Assembly: GCA_039028615.1 (NCBI GenBank)
Contig: JBCCHT010000002.1
Coordinates: forward strand, 224,001-288,000
Source: Myxococcota bacterium
Lineage (GTDB): Bacteria; Myxococcota_A; Polyangia; Nannocystales; Nannocystaceae
Length of the DNA: 64,000 nucleotides
Reading direction: 5' to 3'
Made by a program: the position numbers and the translations under genes. Below the pieces are notes generated by a model, which was given only the letters and a program-made list of their open reading frames with translations, was not told where the DNA came from and made no database searches. Shown here piece after piece: positions 9,107 through 17,932 of this stretch (position 1 is the first letter of the stretch; every line of letters starts with the position of its first letter).

Positions 9107-9733
9107 ATGGAGGCTCACGAACTCGTCGATGTCGGTTTTCCTCTGCGGGGAGGCAAGCTCCCCACAGACCACGGATACCTACTCTTCTCCGCGCTGTGCG
9201 AGGCTCTCCCACGCCTCAGTCATGAACCCGGGTGGGCTCTCCACCTCATCGACGGCAAGCGCGAAGGCCCCCGTAAGATCCGATTGGGACCACGCTCGAT
9301 GGTGCGGCTGCGACTACCCGCCCGAGAGCTCGGCGAAGCACTCTCCTTGACTGGTCGCGACCTCGCTGTCGGCAGCGATCGTGTGCACCTGGGAATGGCA
9401 AAGGTCAAACCACTGGCCCCCGCCTCCCGACTCCGCTCCGCGGTCGTTACCACTCCCGGCTGCAACCGCTCGAGCTTTGAAGCCACGCTGCGGCGAGAAT
9501 TGGCCACCCTGCCCCTCGGGCAGGACCCATCCACCATCGAGCTCGAGGTGGGCGTAGAGCGCTTGCTTCGCGCAAGGGTTCGGACGGTGACCGGCTTCGA
9601 GGTCGTTCTTTCCAATCTCCGCCCCCACGCCTCGCTGTGCATCCAAGCAGAAGGACTCGGTGCTCGACGCCACATGGGCGCCGGTGTCTTTCTTCCTCTC
9701 AATGAGCCTCGATCCGTCCCTGATTCAGAATGA
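9107..9733 (+). CDS. cas6: Orphan CRISPR-associated endoribonuclease Cas6, type I-MYXAN (Cmx6)-like
   Basis: N-terminal VDVGFPLRG..LPTDHGYLLFSAL, central SMVRLRLP, C-terminal Gly-rich loop SLCIQAEGLGARRHMGAGVFLP. Confidence 0.85.
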   Translation: MEAHELVDVGFPLRGGKLPTDHGYLLFSALCEALPRLSHEPGWALHLIDGKREGPRKIRLGPRSMVRLRLPARELGEALSLTGRDLAVGSDRVHLGMAKVKPLAPASRLRSAVVTTPGCNRSSFEATLRRELATLPLGQDPSTIELEVGVERLLRARVRTVTGFEVVLSNLRPHASLCIQAEGLGARRHMGAGVFLPLNEPRSVPDSE

Positions 9734-9751
9734 CTATGGCGACTATTTCGT

Positions 9752-9923
9752 AGTGTCCGTGCTTCGTGTGCCGTGAGCGAGCTTCGTCGCATCTGTCGCG
9801 TTGCCGCCCCCGAATGGCCGTGAAGGTAGGAGAGGGTGACTCTTACCCTCACGGCAGCGACAACGAGACAACGTAGGTTGGTTAGCCGTGGCGAACCTCG
9901 ACTGCGTCGCATGAAGTACGACT
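9752..9923 (+). ncRNA. Candidate structured ncRNA (~172 nt rod-like hairpin; class unknown, possibly 6S-like)
   Basis: Nested pairings 9758-9770/9908-9920, 9778-9781/9897-9900, 9783-9790/9888-9895, 9794-9807/9857-9870, 9817-9823/9849-9855, 9825-9832/9840-9847. Several G-U pairs work only on the + strand. Terminator follows directly. Confidence 0.6.
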
Positions 9924-9960
9924 GGCCCGCTTCCCTTCGGGGAAGCGGGCCTCTTTATTT
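9924..9960 (+). terminator. Rho-independent terminator
   Basis: Perfect 12-bp stem ggcccgcttccc/gggaagcgggcc, UUCG loop, then tctttattt. Confidence 0.9.
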
Positions 9961-9981
9961 GGTTCGTCGGGTCGTCCGCGA

Positions 9982-10515
9982 TCACGCGAAATAGCGCGCC
10001 ACGCCCTCGAGCTGTGGTCGCGCGGGCACGTGCTCGAGCAGGGTGGCTGCGCTGCACCACGGCCCTTCGATCGCCGACAGCCAGCCGAGCACCGCCCCCG
10101 CCGCCTCGGGCTTCATCATCGCCATGCGGTGCATCGTGACCTGTAGCGAGGTCGCTCGATCTCGCGCGGGATCGAAGCGCCACTGATAGTCCCCCCACGC
10201 GACCCGGACCTCTCGGCTGCCCCGCTCGGTCATGCCCACGATCCACTTGCAGCTCATCGTGGTCGCCGTGGACTCCACCGTCTCGGGGATGCACAGCGTA
10301 TAGATGTTCTCGCACTGCTGACCGAGGGCACGGAAGGTCTCGGTGATCGCCTCGATCCCCTCCCGTGGGGTGTCGTTACCGAAGTCGGTCTCGAAGTCGA
10401 AGCGCGAGACGAACACCGCGTCCTCGGCGAACGCGAGCGGAAACAGGTGGGGCCGGCACTCGTCCTTGGCCTGCAGATATGCCCGGACGACGCGATCATG
10501 AAGGGGTCGAAGCAT
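9982..10515 (-). CDS. SnoaL/NTF2-like fold protein
   Basis: VVRAYLQAKD...FAEDA...GIEAI pattern; about 177 aa. Confidence 0.6.
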   Translation of the reverse strand: MLRPLHDRVVRAYLQAKDECRPHLFPLAFAEDAVFVSRFDFETDFGNDTPREGIEAITETFRALGQQCENIYTLCIPETVESTATTMSCKWIVGMTERGSREVRVAWGDYQWRFDPARDRATSLQVTMHRMAMMKPEAAGAVLGWLSAIEGPWCSAATLLEHVPARPQLEGVARYFA

Positions 10516-10560
10516 GAACAGAAGCTAGTGCCGCTCGCTCCCGTCCGCCCGGACACCCGG

Positions 10561-10596
10561 CGACGCAAAACGGACCCAACGCGACGAATTGCGGTC
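10561..10596. promoter_or_regulatory. Tandem direct repeat with 21-bp period, candidate AraC-family operator
   Basis: CGACGcaaaaCGGaC (10561) and CGACGaattgCGGtC (10582), between the araC-like gene and the snoaL-like gene. Confidence 0.45.
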
Positions 10597-10608
10597 GCGA
10601 CGTGCCCG

Positions 10609-11631
10609 TCAGCGCAGGGAGCGGCGAAACTGAGCCGGCGTCGACCCGCTCATCCGCTTGAAGGCCCGCCGAAACGAACGCTCGTCGGCGTAGCCCAGGA
10701 CGAACGCGACCTCCTCCACGCTCAGCCGCGGATCGGCCAGAAGCTGCCGCCCGTGCTCCTCCCGGGTCTCGTCGAGCAGGGTGCGTAGGGTCGTGCCGTG
10801 CGAGGCGACGTGTCGCTGGAGCACGCGCAGGCTCATGCCCATGCGCTTGGCCAGCGCCTCCGCCCCGTACTCCGAGCGGGCCGCGTTGTCGGCCAGCGCC
10901 GCGCGAAGCGGTGCCAGGCCGTCGTCCTTCTCGCCGCGCACCAGCAGCCGCTCTCGCGCCAGATCGAGGTGCCGCTGGATGTAGTCGAAGAGCTTGGGGT
11001 CACGGGTTCGTGGGGCCGTCGACAGCTCGGCCGCATCGAAGACCAGCGCATTGTCGGCCGCCTCGAACGCGACCGGGACCCCGAAGTAGGCCTGGTACTG
11101 CGCTGCGCTGCCGATCGGCGGGAACGCGAAGGACACCCCTTCGAGAGCGTCCTTCATGCCGATGACTTCGTCCACGAAGCGCATGCCGAGGGCCAGCCCG
11201 ACCATCGCCGCCGCGCCTCGATCGTCGCGATCAGTCGGGTGCCGAAACCACAGCTGAGCTCGTCGCTCGGAGACCTCGAGCCCCGCCGCGAGTTCGCTGG
11301 ACAGCACCGTACGAAAGCGCAGGAAGACATCCAGAGCCTGGCGCAGATCCTCGGCGTACTGCGCTCCGAATGCCAGCGGACCGAGAAAGCTCAGCGGCGT
11401 GCTCGCGGCCATCTTCAGCGGCAGCGCCTCACCCGGGTTCAGCTCGAGCATGCGACGCCAGATCTTGGAGACCACCTCGTTGGGAAAGCGGGCGTCGGCT
11501 GCCGTCAGCTCGGCCATGGACAGCCCCGTCGTCGTCGCCACCTCGTCGTGGCTCATGTCATGGGCCAGAGCAAAGAGCACCGTGGCCGTGACCACCGTGC
11601 CGGACATGCCCGGCTGAATCGCGTCGTCCAT
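10609..11631 (-). CDS. AraC-family transcriptional regulator (N-terminal ligand-binding domain)
   Basis: C-terminal double HTH: ALAKRMGMSLRVLQR...VAFVLGYADERSFRRAFKR. Confidence 0.92.
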   Translation of the reverse strand: MDDAIQPGMSGTVVTATVLFALAHDMSHDEVATTTGLSMAELTAADARFPNEVVSKIWRRMLELNPGEALPLKMAASTPLSFLGPLAFGAQYAEDLRQALDVFLRFRTVLSSELAAGLEVSERRAQLWFRHPTDRDDRGAAAMVGLALGMRFVDEVIGMKDALEGVSFAFPPIGSAAQYQAYFGVPVAFEAADNALVFDAAELSTAPRTRDPKLFDYIQRHLDLARERLLVRGEKDDGLAPLRAALADNAARSEYGAEALAKRMGMSLRVLQRHVASHGTTLRTLLDETREEHGRQLLADPRLSVEEVAFVLGYADERSFRRAFKRMSGSTPAQFRRSLR

Positions 11632-11971
11632 CGGTCCCGTGCGGCTCGGTGCGAAAGCGCCCCATGATCGTCTCGATGTCGGGCCCGGTTCAAGCGCAAT
11701 GCCGGGGAGCCCGCACGCGCAGACGAACGGTGTCGGAGCCCGCGTTTCGACCGACGGACAACAAGCACTCGGAGGGAACGGTTCGACCGCAAACGAGTCG
11801 AGAACACGTCCACGAACCCAAGCGTTGGAGCCGTGCGCTCACCAGCCCAACCCGAAAGGGTCACAACGGGCGCTGTCGACCGCCCAGGAGCCACACCGTC
11901 GACACACGCTGCTAGGCTGAGTCGGTGCTTCGGGTATCCGAGCCGCGCCGTCGTAGTGAAGGGGTCGATCG

Positions 11972-12940
11972 ATGACGCTCGATCTCGAGTTCGTCGCGAT
12001 CGGAGCCCGCACCCCGGTAGGCCTCACCGCGCAAACCAGTACGGCGGCCATCCGGGCGGGAGTCTCACGCCTCCGCGAGTTCTCGTTCATCGCGGCCAAC
12101 GGCAAGCCCGTGGTCTTGGGCACCGACCCCCTCCTCGACGATCGCATCGAAGGCCGCGACCGCATGCGGGTCATGCTCGAGTCGGCCCTCGACCAAGCCC
12201 TCGCGAAAATCGGACCGCACCTGGCCCAGGCCCGCACGAGCTGCGACGTCTTGCTCGCCCTCCCCGAGACCCGCCCCGGCTTCTCCGACCCCGAAGCGCA
12301 GTGGATGTGCCAGGTCGCGCAGGTCCGCCTCCACCAGCACGGCATCGCCTGCAACGCGCTGTTGGCCGGCCGCGGCCACGCGGGCGCGCTGGCAGCCGTC
12401 GAACAGGCCACCCGAAGGGCGGAGCAACGGCGGCAGGCGGGCGAGGACGCCGTATTCGTCATCGCGGGCGCCGACAGCTACCACGACGCGCGCACGCTGC
12501 TTTGGCTGGAGTCCGAGCAGCGGCTGGCCATGCCCACCGTTCGCAACGGGTTCACCCCCGGCGAAGCGGCGGGCGCCCTGGTCCTCACCACCAAGGCCAT
12601 TCGTCGATCGTTGGGCCTGCCGTGCCTGGCGTCGCTCGACGGGGTGGGGCTCGCCCGGGAGGCACTGCTGCGAGACAGCGATACCGGGTCCTTCGGCCAG
12701 GGCCTGAGCCACGCCGTCAGCCAGGCCGCCCATGCGCTCTCCACGCCGACTTGGGGGAGACGGAGGAGACCCAGGCCGATGCGTCGGCGCTGGAATCCGC
12801 GCTCAAGGGCAAGAAATTCGAGCCCCGCGACATCAGCATGTTGGGCGTGGTGCATTGTCAGTGCGGAGATGCCAAGGCCGCGGCGCGCTCGACGATGCAG
12901 CGGTCGGGCGACTTCACCGCGGCCGCGTCTGGATACCTGA
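11972..12940 (+). pseudogene. Truncated beta-ketoacyl-synthase-like (PRK06147-type) T6SS adaptor; similarity ends near 12740
   Basis: IGARTPVGL...AAIRAG...RGHAG...GADSY...FTPGEAAG...GQGLS. After ~aa 257 the sequence is Arg-rich and looks out of frame, and the usual C-terminal part is missing. Confidence 0.65.
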
Positions 12941-13368
12941 CTCCCGCGTATACCGACTACAAGAATGCCGCTGCCGTCGTCGCGAAGATCAAGACGCATG
13001 CAGCCAACGAAAAAGCGTTCAACAAAGCGCTCGACCTCGCAAGGACACGACGGGCTGCATTCGTAAAATTGCAAAAGGAAGCCCCGGGCACGGCGCCGCA
13101 GGTCAACGTCCCGGGAGCGTGCGCGGCCCCCAAAGCGATGCTCTTGTTGCTCGAAGACGGAGGCCAGCCGGGTGCACTCACCGAGCGCTGGTGCGGCAGC
13201 CCGACCATGGCCAACCCGGTCGAACATTTCGACGAAACGAGCGGCGTCCGTGTCCGCGTCACCGACCGGGTCTTCGAGTATGGGAATTCAGTGCCTCCCT
13301 GCTTGGCCTGTGATGCCCTGCTGCCTCTGCTGCTGTGTGACAAGGACAAGCCATGTCACAAGAAGTAG
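12751..13368 (+). CDS. Polymorphic-toxin-like C-terminal domain (deaminase-like Cys motifs), N-terminus missing
   Basis: MLGVVHCQCG, AAASG, PGACAAPK, LTERW, VPPCLAC. Overlaps the SMI1 gene. Start uncertain (TTG 12751 or ATG 12838). Confidence 0.55.
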   Translation: MGETEETQADASALESALKGKKFEPRDISMLGVVHCQCGDAKAAARSTMQRSGDFTAAASGYLTPAYTDYKNAAAVVAKIKTHAANEKAFNKALDLARTRRAAFVKLQKEAPGTAPQVNVPGACAAPKAMLLLLEDGGQPGALTERWCGSPTMANPVEHFDETSGVRVRVTDRVFEYGNSVPPCLACDALLPLLLCDKDKPCHKK

Positions 13369-14120
13369 ATCCGTCGGAGCTCGAGCCCGAGCTCGAGGCG
13401 TTGCTGGTGCGCCTCGTCCCCGACATGCGCTCGCGGTGGCAGAGCGCGTCCGAGGCCGACATCGAAGCGCTCGAGACCATCGCCGGCGAGGAGCTGCCTC
13501 GCTGCTACCAGTGGTTCTTGCGCCGCCTGGGACGAGGTTGGGCGGACATCGGGTTCGGGACCCACGACTTCTCCGCGCAGACCATCGTGGCGGGACACGC
13601 CAGGGGTCTGTTCCCGCCGCACGAGGGCATGATGTGCATCGCCCACGACACCGCCGAGTGGGAACCCCAGCTGCGCTACTACGACCTGGCGCATCCCGCT
13701 GACGACGACGCGCCCGTGTTCATGGCCGGGCCCGAGGCAGAGGACTTCGAAGGCGAGTACGAGAGCCTCCGGGCCCTCATCGCGTCGACCATCTTCAGAA
13801 ACCACTACGTGCGACGCATGCCGCATCGCTGCGCGGGTCTGCTGGTGGACGACGGAGAAGGCAACGCGACGACCGCTCTGCTTCCCGTGCTGGAGGACCT
13901 CGGCTTCAGTACCCCTGTGGCGACCGGGTCCCTGTGCCAGCTCTACGAGGATGGCACCCATGTGCTGCACAGCTATCGCTCCCCCGAGTCGACCGCGCCC
14001 TACGTGCTGCCCTTCGACCTCGGCGCCCCTTCGGTGGCCGCGCTGCGCAAGCTGCTCGGCATCATCTGCACATCGACCGATCTAGTGGCCGAGAACCTGA
14101 CCTGGGATCCCGCTCTGTGA
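13353..14120 (+). CDS. SMI1/KNR4 (SUKH) family immunity protein
   Basis: ASEADIEALE...GEELPRCYQWFLRRLG motif. Confidence 0.8.
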   Translation: MSQEVDPSELEPELEALLVRLVPDMRSRWQSASEADIEALETIAGEELPRCYQWFLRRLGRGWADIGFGTHDFSAQTIVAGHARGLFPPHEGMMCIAHDTAEWEPQLRYYDLAHPADDDAPVFMAGPEAEDFEGEYESLRALIASTIFRNHYVRRMPHRCAGLLVDDGEGNATTALLPVLEDLGFSTPVATGSLCQLYEDGTHVLHSYRSPESTAPYVLPFDLGAPSVAALRKLLGIICTSTDLVAENLTWDPAL

Positions 14121-14184
14121 CCCGGCTGCGGCCCTGAGCACCGCCGTTCTCGCCACGCCACGGGAGAAACTCGCCCGATCGAGA

Positions 14185-14238
14185 TGGACTAAATTGCACG
14201 AAATCTGGCCTGAATTGGCGATCGTTCCCCCCGAATTG
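14185..14238. promoter_or_regulatory. Three AATTG-cored repeats with 21-bp period, candidate AraC-family operator
   Basis: TGGACTAAATTG (14185), TGGCCTGAATTG (14206), and GAATTG ending at 14238. Confidence 0.5.
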
Positions 14239-14268
14239 CCGGCTATCGTCTCGGACAGCGACTCCACC

Positions 14269-14907
14269 ATGACCGACGCAATGCAAGTCCAGATCGAAGC
14301 GTGGGAGCACGGCGCTCCCATCCCCGCGCAGTACGCCTTCGGCAAGCCGGGGACGGACGGCCCCTTCGCCACCAGCGACAACGTGAACCCGGCCATCCGC
14401 TGGTCGAACGCGCCCGAGGGCACACGCTCGTTCGTGATCCTCTGCCACGATCCCGACGTCCCTTCGTCGGGGGAGGACGTGAACCAAGAGGGCAAGACGG
14501 TGCCTGCTGGACTGCCGCGCGTGGACTTCTTCCACTGGATCCTCGTGGACATCTCGGCCAGCGTGTCGAGCATCGACGAGGGTGCCGCGTCACGGGGGGT
14601 CACCGCGCACGGCAAGGCGGTCGGGCGCACCGAGCACGGGGTGACCGGCGCGAACGACTACACCGGTTGGTTCGCGGGCGACGCCTCGATGGAGGGCAGC
14701 TACGGAAGCTACGACGGCCCCTGCCCGCCGTGGAACGACAGCATCGTGCACCACTACCACTTCACCGTGTTCGCGCTCGACGTCGAGTCGCTCGGCCTCG
14801 AGGGTGACTTCACCGGTCAAGACGTACGCAAGGCCATGGAGGGGCACATCCTCGGGCAGGCCTCGCACATGGGCACCTACTCGATGAACCCCGCCGTGTC
14901 CGCCTGA
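14269..14907 (+). CDS. YbhB/YbcL family PEBP (Raf kinase inhibitor-like) protein
   Basis: HDPDVP, FFHW, YDGPCPP, HHYHFTVFAL motifs. Confidence 0.92.
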   Translation: MTDAMQVQIEAWEHGAPIPAQYAFGKPGTDGPFATSDNVNPAIRWSNAPEGTRSFVILCHDPDVPSSGEDVNQEGKTVPAGLPRVDFFHWILVDISASVSSIDEGAASRGVTAHGKAVGRTEHGVTGANDYTGWFAGDASMEGSYGSYDGPCPPWNDSIVHHYHFTVFALDVESLGLEGDFTGQDVRKAMEGHILGQASHMGTYSMNPAVSA

Positions 14908-14928
14908 CGCTCGGGGTCGTCTGCACGC

Positions 14929-15774
14929 ATGCTGAGGGTGCCGCAGGACTTCGAGGCGCAGTGGGCCCACGCCACGGTGCGCGTGCCCGAGGCCTGCGTG
15001 GTGCCCTACCGAGCGACCACCCCGGTGCACTCCGCCCGTGCCCTCGTCACCCAGCCGACCTTGGTGCTGGTGCGCACGGGCACCAAGCAGCTGCAGCCAC
15101 AAGACGCCCAGCACGTGCTCACGGCGGAGGCCGGCTCGGTCCTCGCCATGCGCTCGGGTACTCACGTGATGTCCGAGTTCCAGGGCGAGGACGCGGCCTA
15201 CTCCAGCCTCATCGTCGCGGTCGATCGCGGCTTCCTCAGCCAGGCGGTCGGCATTCCCCAGGCGAGCCCGGGGGGTCCGCGGGTCGTGGTCTCCACCCCG
15301 TCGGGACACGCTCGTCAGCTGCTCGAGCGGCTCCCCGAGGTCATGGCCAGTCCATTGCCGGACATCGAGCGCCAGTTCAAGCTGCGAGAGCTGCTGGTGG
15401 CGGTGATGGCCGACCCCGCGCTGCGTCGGCTGCTGTTCAGCGAGGTGACCGACTGGGGCCGCACCATCGAGGAACGCATCACGTCCGTGGTCACCACCCA
15501 CGGCCTGAGCCCGCTGCAGGTCCCCGACATGGCCGGCCTGTGTGCGATGAGCCTGTCGTCGTTCAAGCGCCACTTCAAGGGGGTGTACGGCACCACGCCC
15601 GGCAAGTGGCTGGCCAAGGCCCGGCTCGACCACGCGCACTCCATGGTGATGGGCGGGGGCGCGTCCGTGTCCCAGATCTCCGAGGCGAGCGGCTACCGCG
15701 ACGTCTCGGCCTTCGTTCGTGCCTTTCGGCGGCAGTTCGGCACCACGCCGGGCAGCCTACGCCGCCAGCGTTGA
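14929..15774 (+). CDS. AraC-family transcriptional regulator
   Basis: MSLSSFKRHF...PGKWL...SGYRDVSAFVRAFRRQFG. Confidence 0.92.
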   Translation: MLRVPQDFEAQWAHATVRVPEACVVPYRATTPVHSARALVTQPTLVLVRTGTKQLQPQDAQHVLTAEAGSVLAMRSGTHVMSEFQGEDAAYSSLIVAVDRGFLSQAVGIPQASPGGPRVVVSTPSGHARQLLERLPEVMASPLPDIERQFKLRELLVAVMADPALRRLLFSEVTDWGRTIEERITSVVTTHGLSPLQVPDMAGLCAMSLSSFKRHFKGVYGTTPGKWLAKARLDHAHSMVMGGGASVSQISEASGYRDVSAFVRAFRRQFGTTPGSLRRQR

Positions 15775-15798
15775 TCCCTACGCCTTGGTTTCTTCGGC

Positions 15799-16797
15799 AT
15801 GACGACATCCCCTTCTTCGTTCGTTCGAGCTTCCTTCGGCCTGCTCGTCCTCGGTCTGAGCCCGGCGTGCAAGAGCCCGCCCCCTCCCCCGCTGCCCCCC
15901 GCGACCACCGAGCACACTGCGACCGCCGAGCGACTCCGCGAGCACGTCACGATGCTCGCCACGACCATCGGCGGTCGCGACATGGATCACCCCGAGCAGC
16001 TGGAAGCGGCCGCGATCTACATCGAGTCGGAATGGAAGAAGCAGGGCTATGTGCCTCGGCGCCAGTGCTTCGATGTTCGAGGTCAGTCGGTCTGCAACGT
16101 CGAAGTCGAGCGGACCGGCACCACCACGCCGAAAGAAATCGTCCTGGTGGGCGCCCACTACGACACCGCGTGGAACAACCCGGGCGCCAACGACAACGGC
16201 TCGGGAGTCGCGGCCATGCTCGAGCTGTCGCGCTCGTTCTCGCAGCGGGACTCGGCGCGGACGCTGCGATTCGTGGCCTTCGTGAACGAGGAGCCCCCCT
16301 ACTTTCATACCGAGGCCATGGGCAGCCTGGTCTACGCTCGCGCCGCGGCGAAGCGGGGCGACGACATCGTGGGCATGCTCTCGCTCGAGACGATGGGCTA
16401 CTACACCACGGAGCCCGGCAGCCAGAACTACCCCAAGATCATCGCGCCGCTGTACCCCGATCGCGGCAACTTCGTGGCGGTGGTCGGCAACGGGCGCTCA
16501 CGCAAGTTCGTCAAGCAGGTCGTGAAGGCCTTCGAGTCGTACACGCCCTTCCCCGTCGAGTTCATCGCCGCGACCGACGAGATTCAGGGCATCGGCTGGT
16601 CGGATCACTGGTCGTTCTACAAACAGGGCTATCCCGCGGTGATGGTCACCGACACCGCCCCCAACCGCTACGAGCACTACCACAGCTCCCGCGACACACC
16701 GGACAAGCTCGACTACCGATCGACGTCGTACGTGGTGCTGGCCTTGCGCGACGTGATCGGTGACCTGACGCAGGTCGAAACGACCCCGTCGTCCTAG
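15799..16797 (+). CDS. M28-family metallopeptidase lipoprotein
   Basis: GAHYDT, PGANDNGSG, NEEPP, LETMG, SDH, YH motifs; lipobox SPAC. Confidence 0.9.
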   Translation: MTTSPSSFVRASFGLLVLGLSPACKSPPPPPLPPATTEHTATAERLREHVTMLATTIGGRDMDHPEQLEAAAIYIESEWKKQGYVPRRQCFDVRGQSVCNVEVERTGTTTPKEIVLVGAHYDTAWNNPGANDNGSGVAAMLELSRSFSQRDSARTLRFVAFVNEEPPYFHTEAMGSLVYARAAAKRGDDIVGMLSLETMGYYTTEPGSQNYPKIIAPLYPDRGNFVAVVGNGRSRKFVKQVVKAFESYTPFPVEFIAATDEIQGIGWSDHWSFYKQGYPAVMVTDTAPNRYEHYHSSRDTPDKLDYRSTSYVVLALRDVIGDLTQVETTPSS

Positions 16798-17651
16798 TCG
16801 AACGAGACGCCGTGAATCGCGTAGCCGAACCCGAACGGGTTCTCGGCCGCGAACAAGAAGTCGACGATCTGCGTGGGGTCGAAGGCGTCGAGGTCCGAGC
16901 CGTCCTGCGGGAACAGCTCGCTGAACGCCAGGCTGCGCGCCTCGGTGCCGACGGTCGGCCACAGCCAGCCACCGAAGGCCCCGTTGCCGGTCGTACGAGC
17001 GATGAACAGCACGGCCCCGCCGCTCTCCATCTCCACCGTGACCCCGCTGTAGCCGCTGGCGTCGTAGGGTTCGCCTCCCGCCAAGGGGAAGCCGATGATG
17101 GCGAAGTCGGCCGCCCCTCCTCCGCTGCCCCCCTGGGTCCACGCCGCGCACGAGGTGTCGACCCAGTCTTCGGTGGGCATCGACACCATGAACGACTGAC
17201 TGACGTCGTCGTCGGCGAACGCGAACCATTCGCCCGACCGGCCTTCGATCTCGCAGATCGAAGTGTCGCAGGAGAAGAAGTTGTCGAGCGTGTTCGACGG
17301 TGCGCCTCCGCACGCTCCGGCCGGACCCGAGTCACCGCTGTCGCCGTCTGCCGGAGGCGGGGTGGGATTCGAACCAGTCGTACCGCTGGTCGAGGTGCTG
17401 GGCCCCTCGTCACCGACATCGAGCGAGCTGGCGTCGACGCAGAGCATCGACAAGCAGGTCAGCCCATCGTTGCAGGTCTCGTTGGGGTAGCAGGCACACC
17501 CCTCGTTGCCGTCGACGCAGGCGCCGTACGTCTCGGTCGCGCTCTCACCATCGCTGTCCTCGAGGTCGACCATGACCGGGGACGGCGAGCACCCCAGCAG
17601 CAAGGCGGCGGCCGACGAGGAAATGAACCGGAGGGAAGCGGAGATGTTCAT
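16794..17651 (-). CDS. Hypothetical lipoprotein with Cys-rich module and galactose-binding-like C-terminal domain
   Basis: Lipobox LLGC; CVDGNEGCACYPNETCNDGLTC; YDASGYSGV and FDPTQI resemble CBM11/CIA30-like domains. Confidence 0.6.
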   Translation of the reverse strand: MNISASLRFISSSAAALLLGCSPSPVMVDLEDSDGESATETYGACVDGNEGCACYPNETCNDGLTCLSMLCVDASSLDVGDEGPSTSTSGTTGSNPTPPPADGDSGDSGPAGACGGAPSNTLDNFFSCDTSICEIEGRSGEWFAFADDDVSQSFMVSMPTEDWVDTSCAAWTQGGSGGGAADFAIIGFPLAGGEPYDASGYSGVTVEMESGGAVLFIARTTGNGAFGGWLWPTVGTEARSLAFSELFPQDGSDLDAFDPTQIVDFLFAAENPFGFGYAIHGVSFD

Positions 17652-17932
17652 GGCGTCTCGGTACTGACAATGCCGAGGCACGGAATCGACCGTGCCGGGT
17701 GGAACGAGGCGTTCGGTCCCCGCGACCGCGCAGTCGTCAACGACGGCCGCTTTGGGCGTGGGTGCGGGGTGCTGCCCCCGATTTGGTGCACGATCGGTAC
17801 CAACCGATCGAGTCCACGCATCGACACAATGAACCATCGAGCCCGCCGAAAACCAGCCAACGTGCCTTGCACAAGTTGCGCAAATGCACCCGCCCTCGAA
17901 AGTGAGCCCGGGCTGAATGCGTCGACTCGAAC

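Noticed and set aside
9752..9923. Retron msr-msd, SRP RNA or tRNA
   Set aside because: No reverse transcriptase in the window, no SRP domain IV motif, no cloverleaf; G-U pairs favour an RNA-level structure.
9734..9981. CRISPR array or mini-array next to cas6
   Set aside because: No repeated 28-37-bp units with spacers; the region is one nested inverted structure.
11833..12750. N-terminal part of the 511-aa ORF as real protein
   Set aside because: Arg/Pro-rich shadow frame of the KS-like gene; only the part after ~12750 looks coding.
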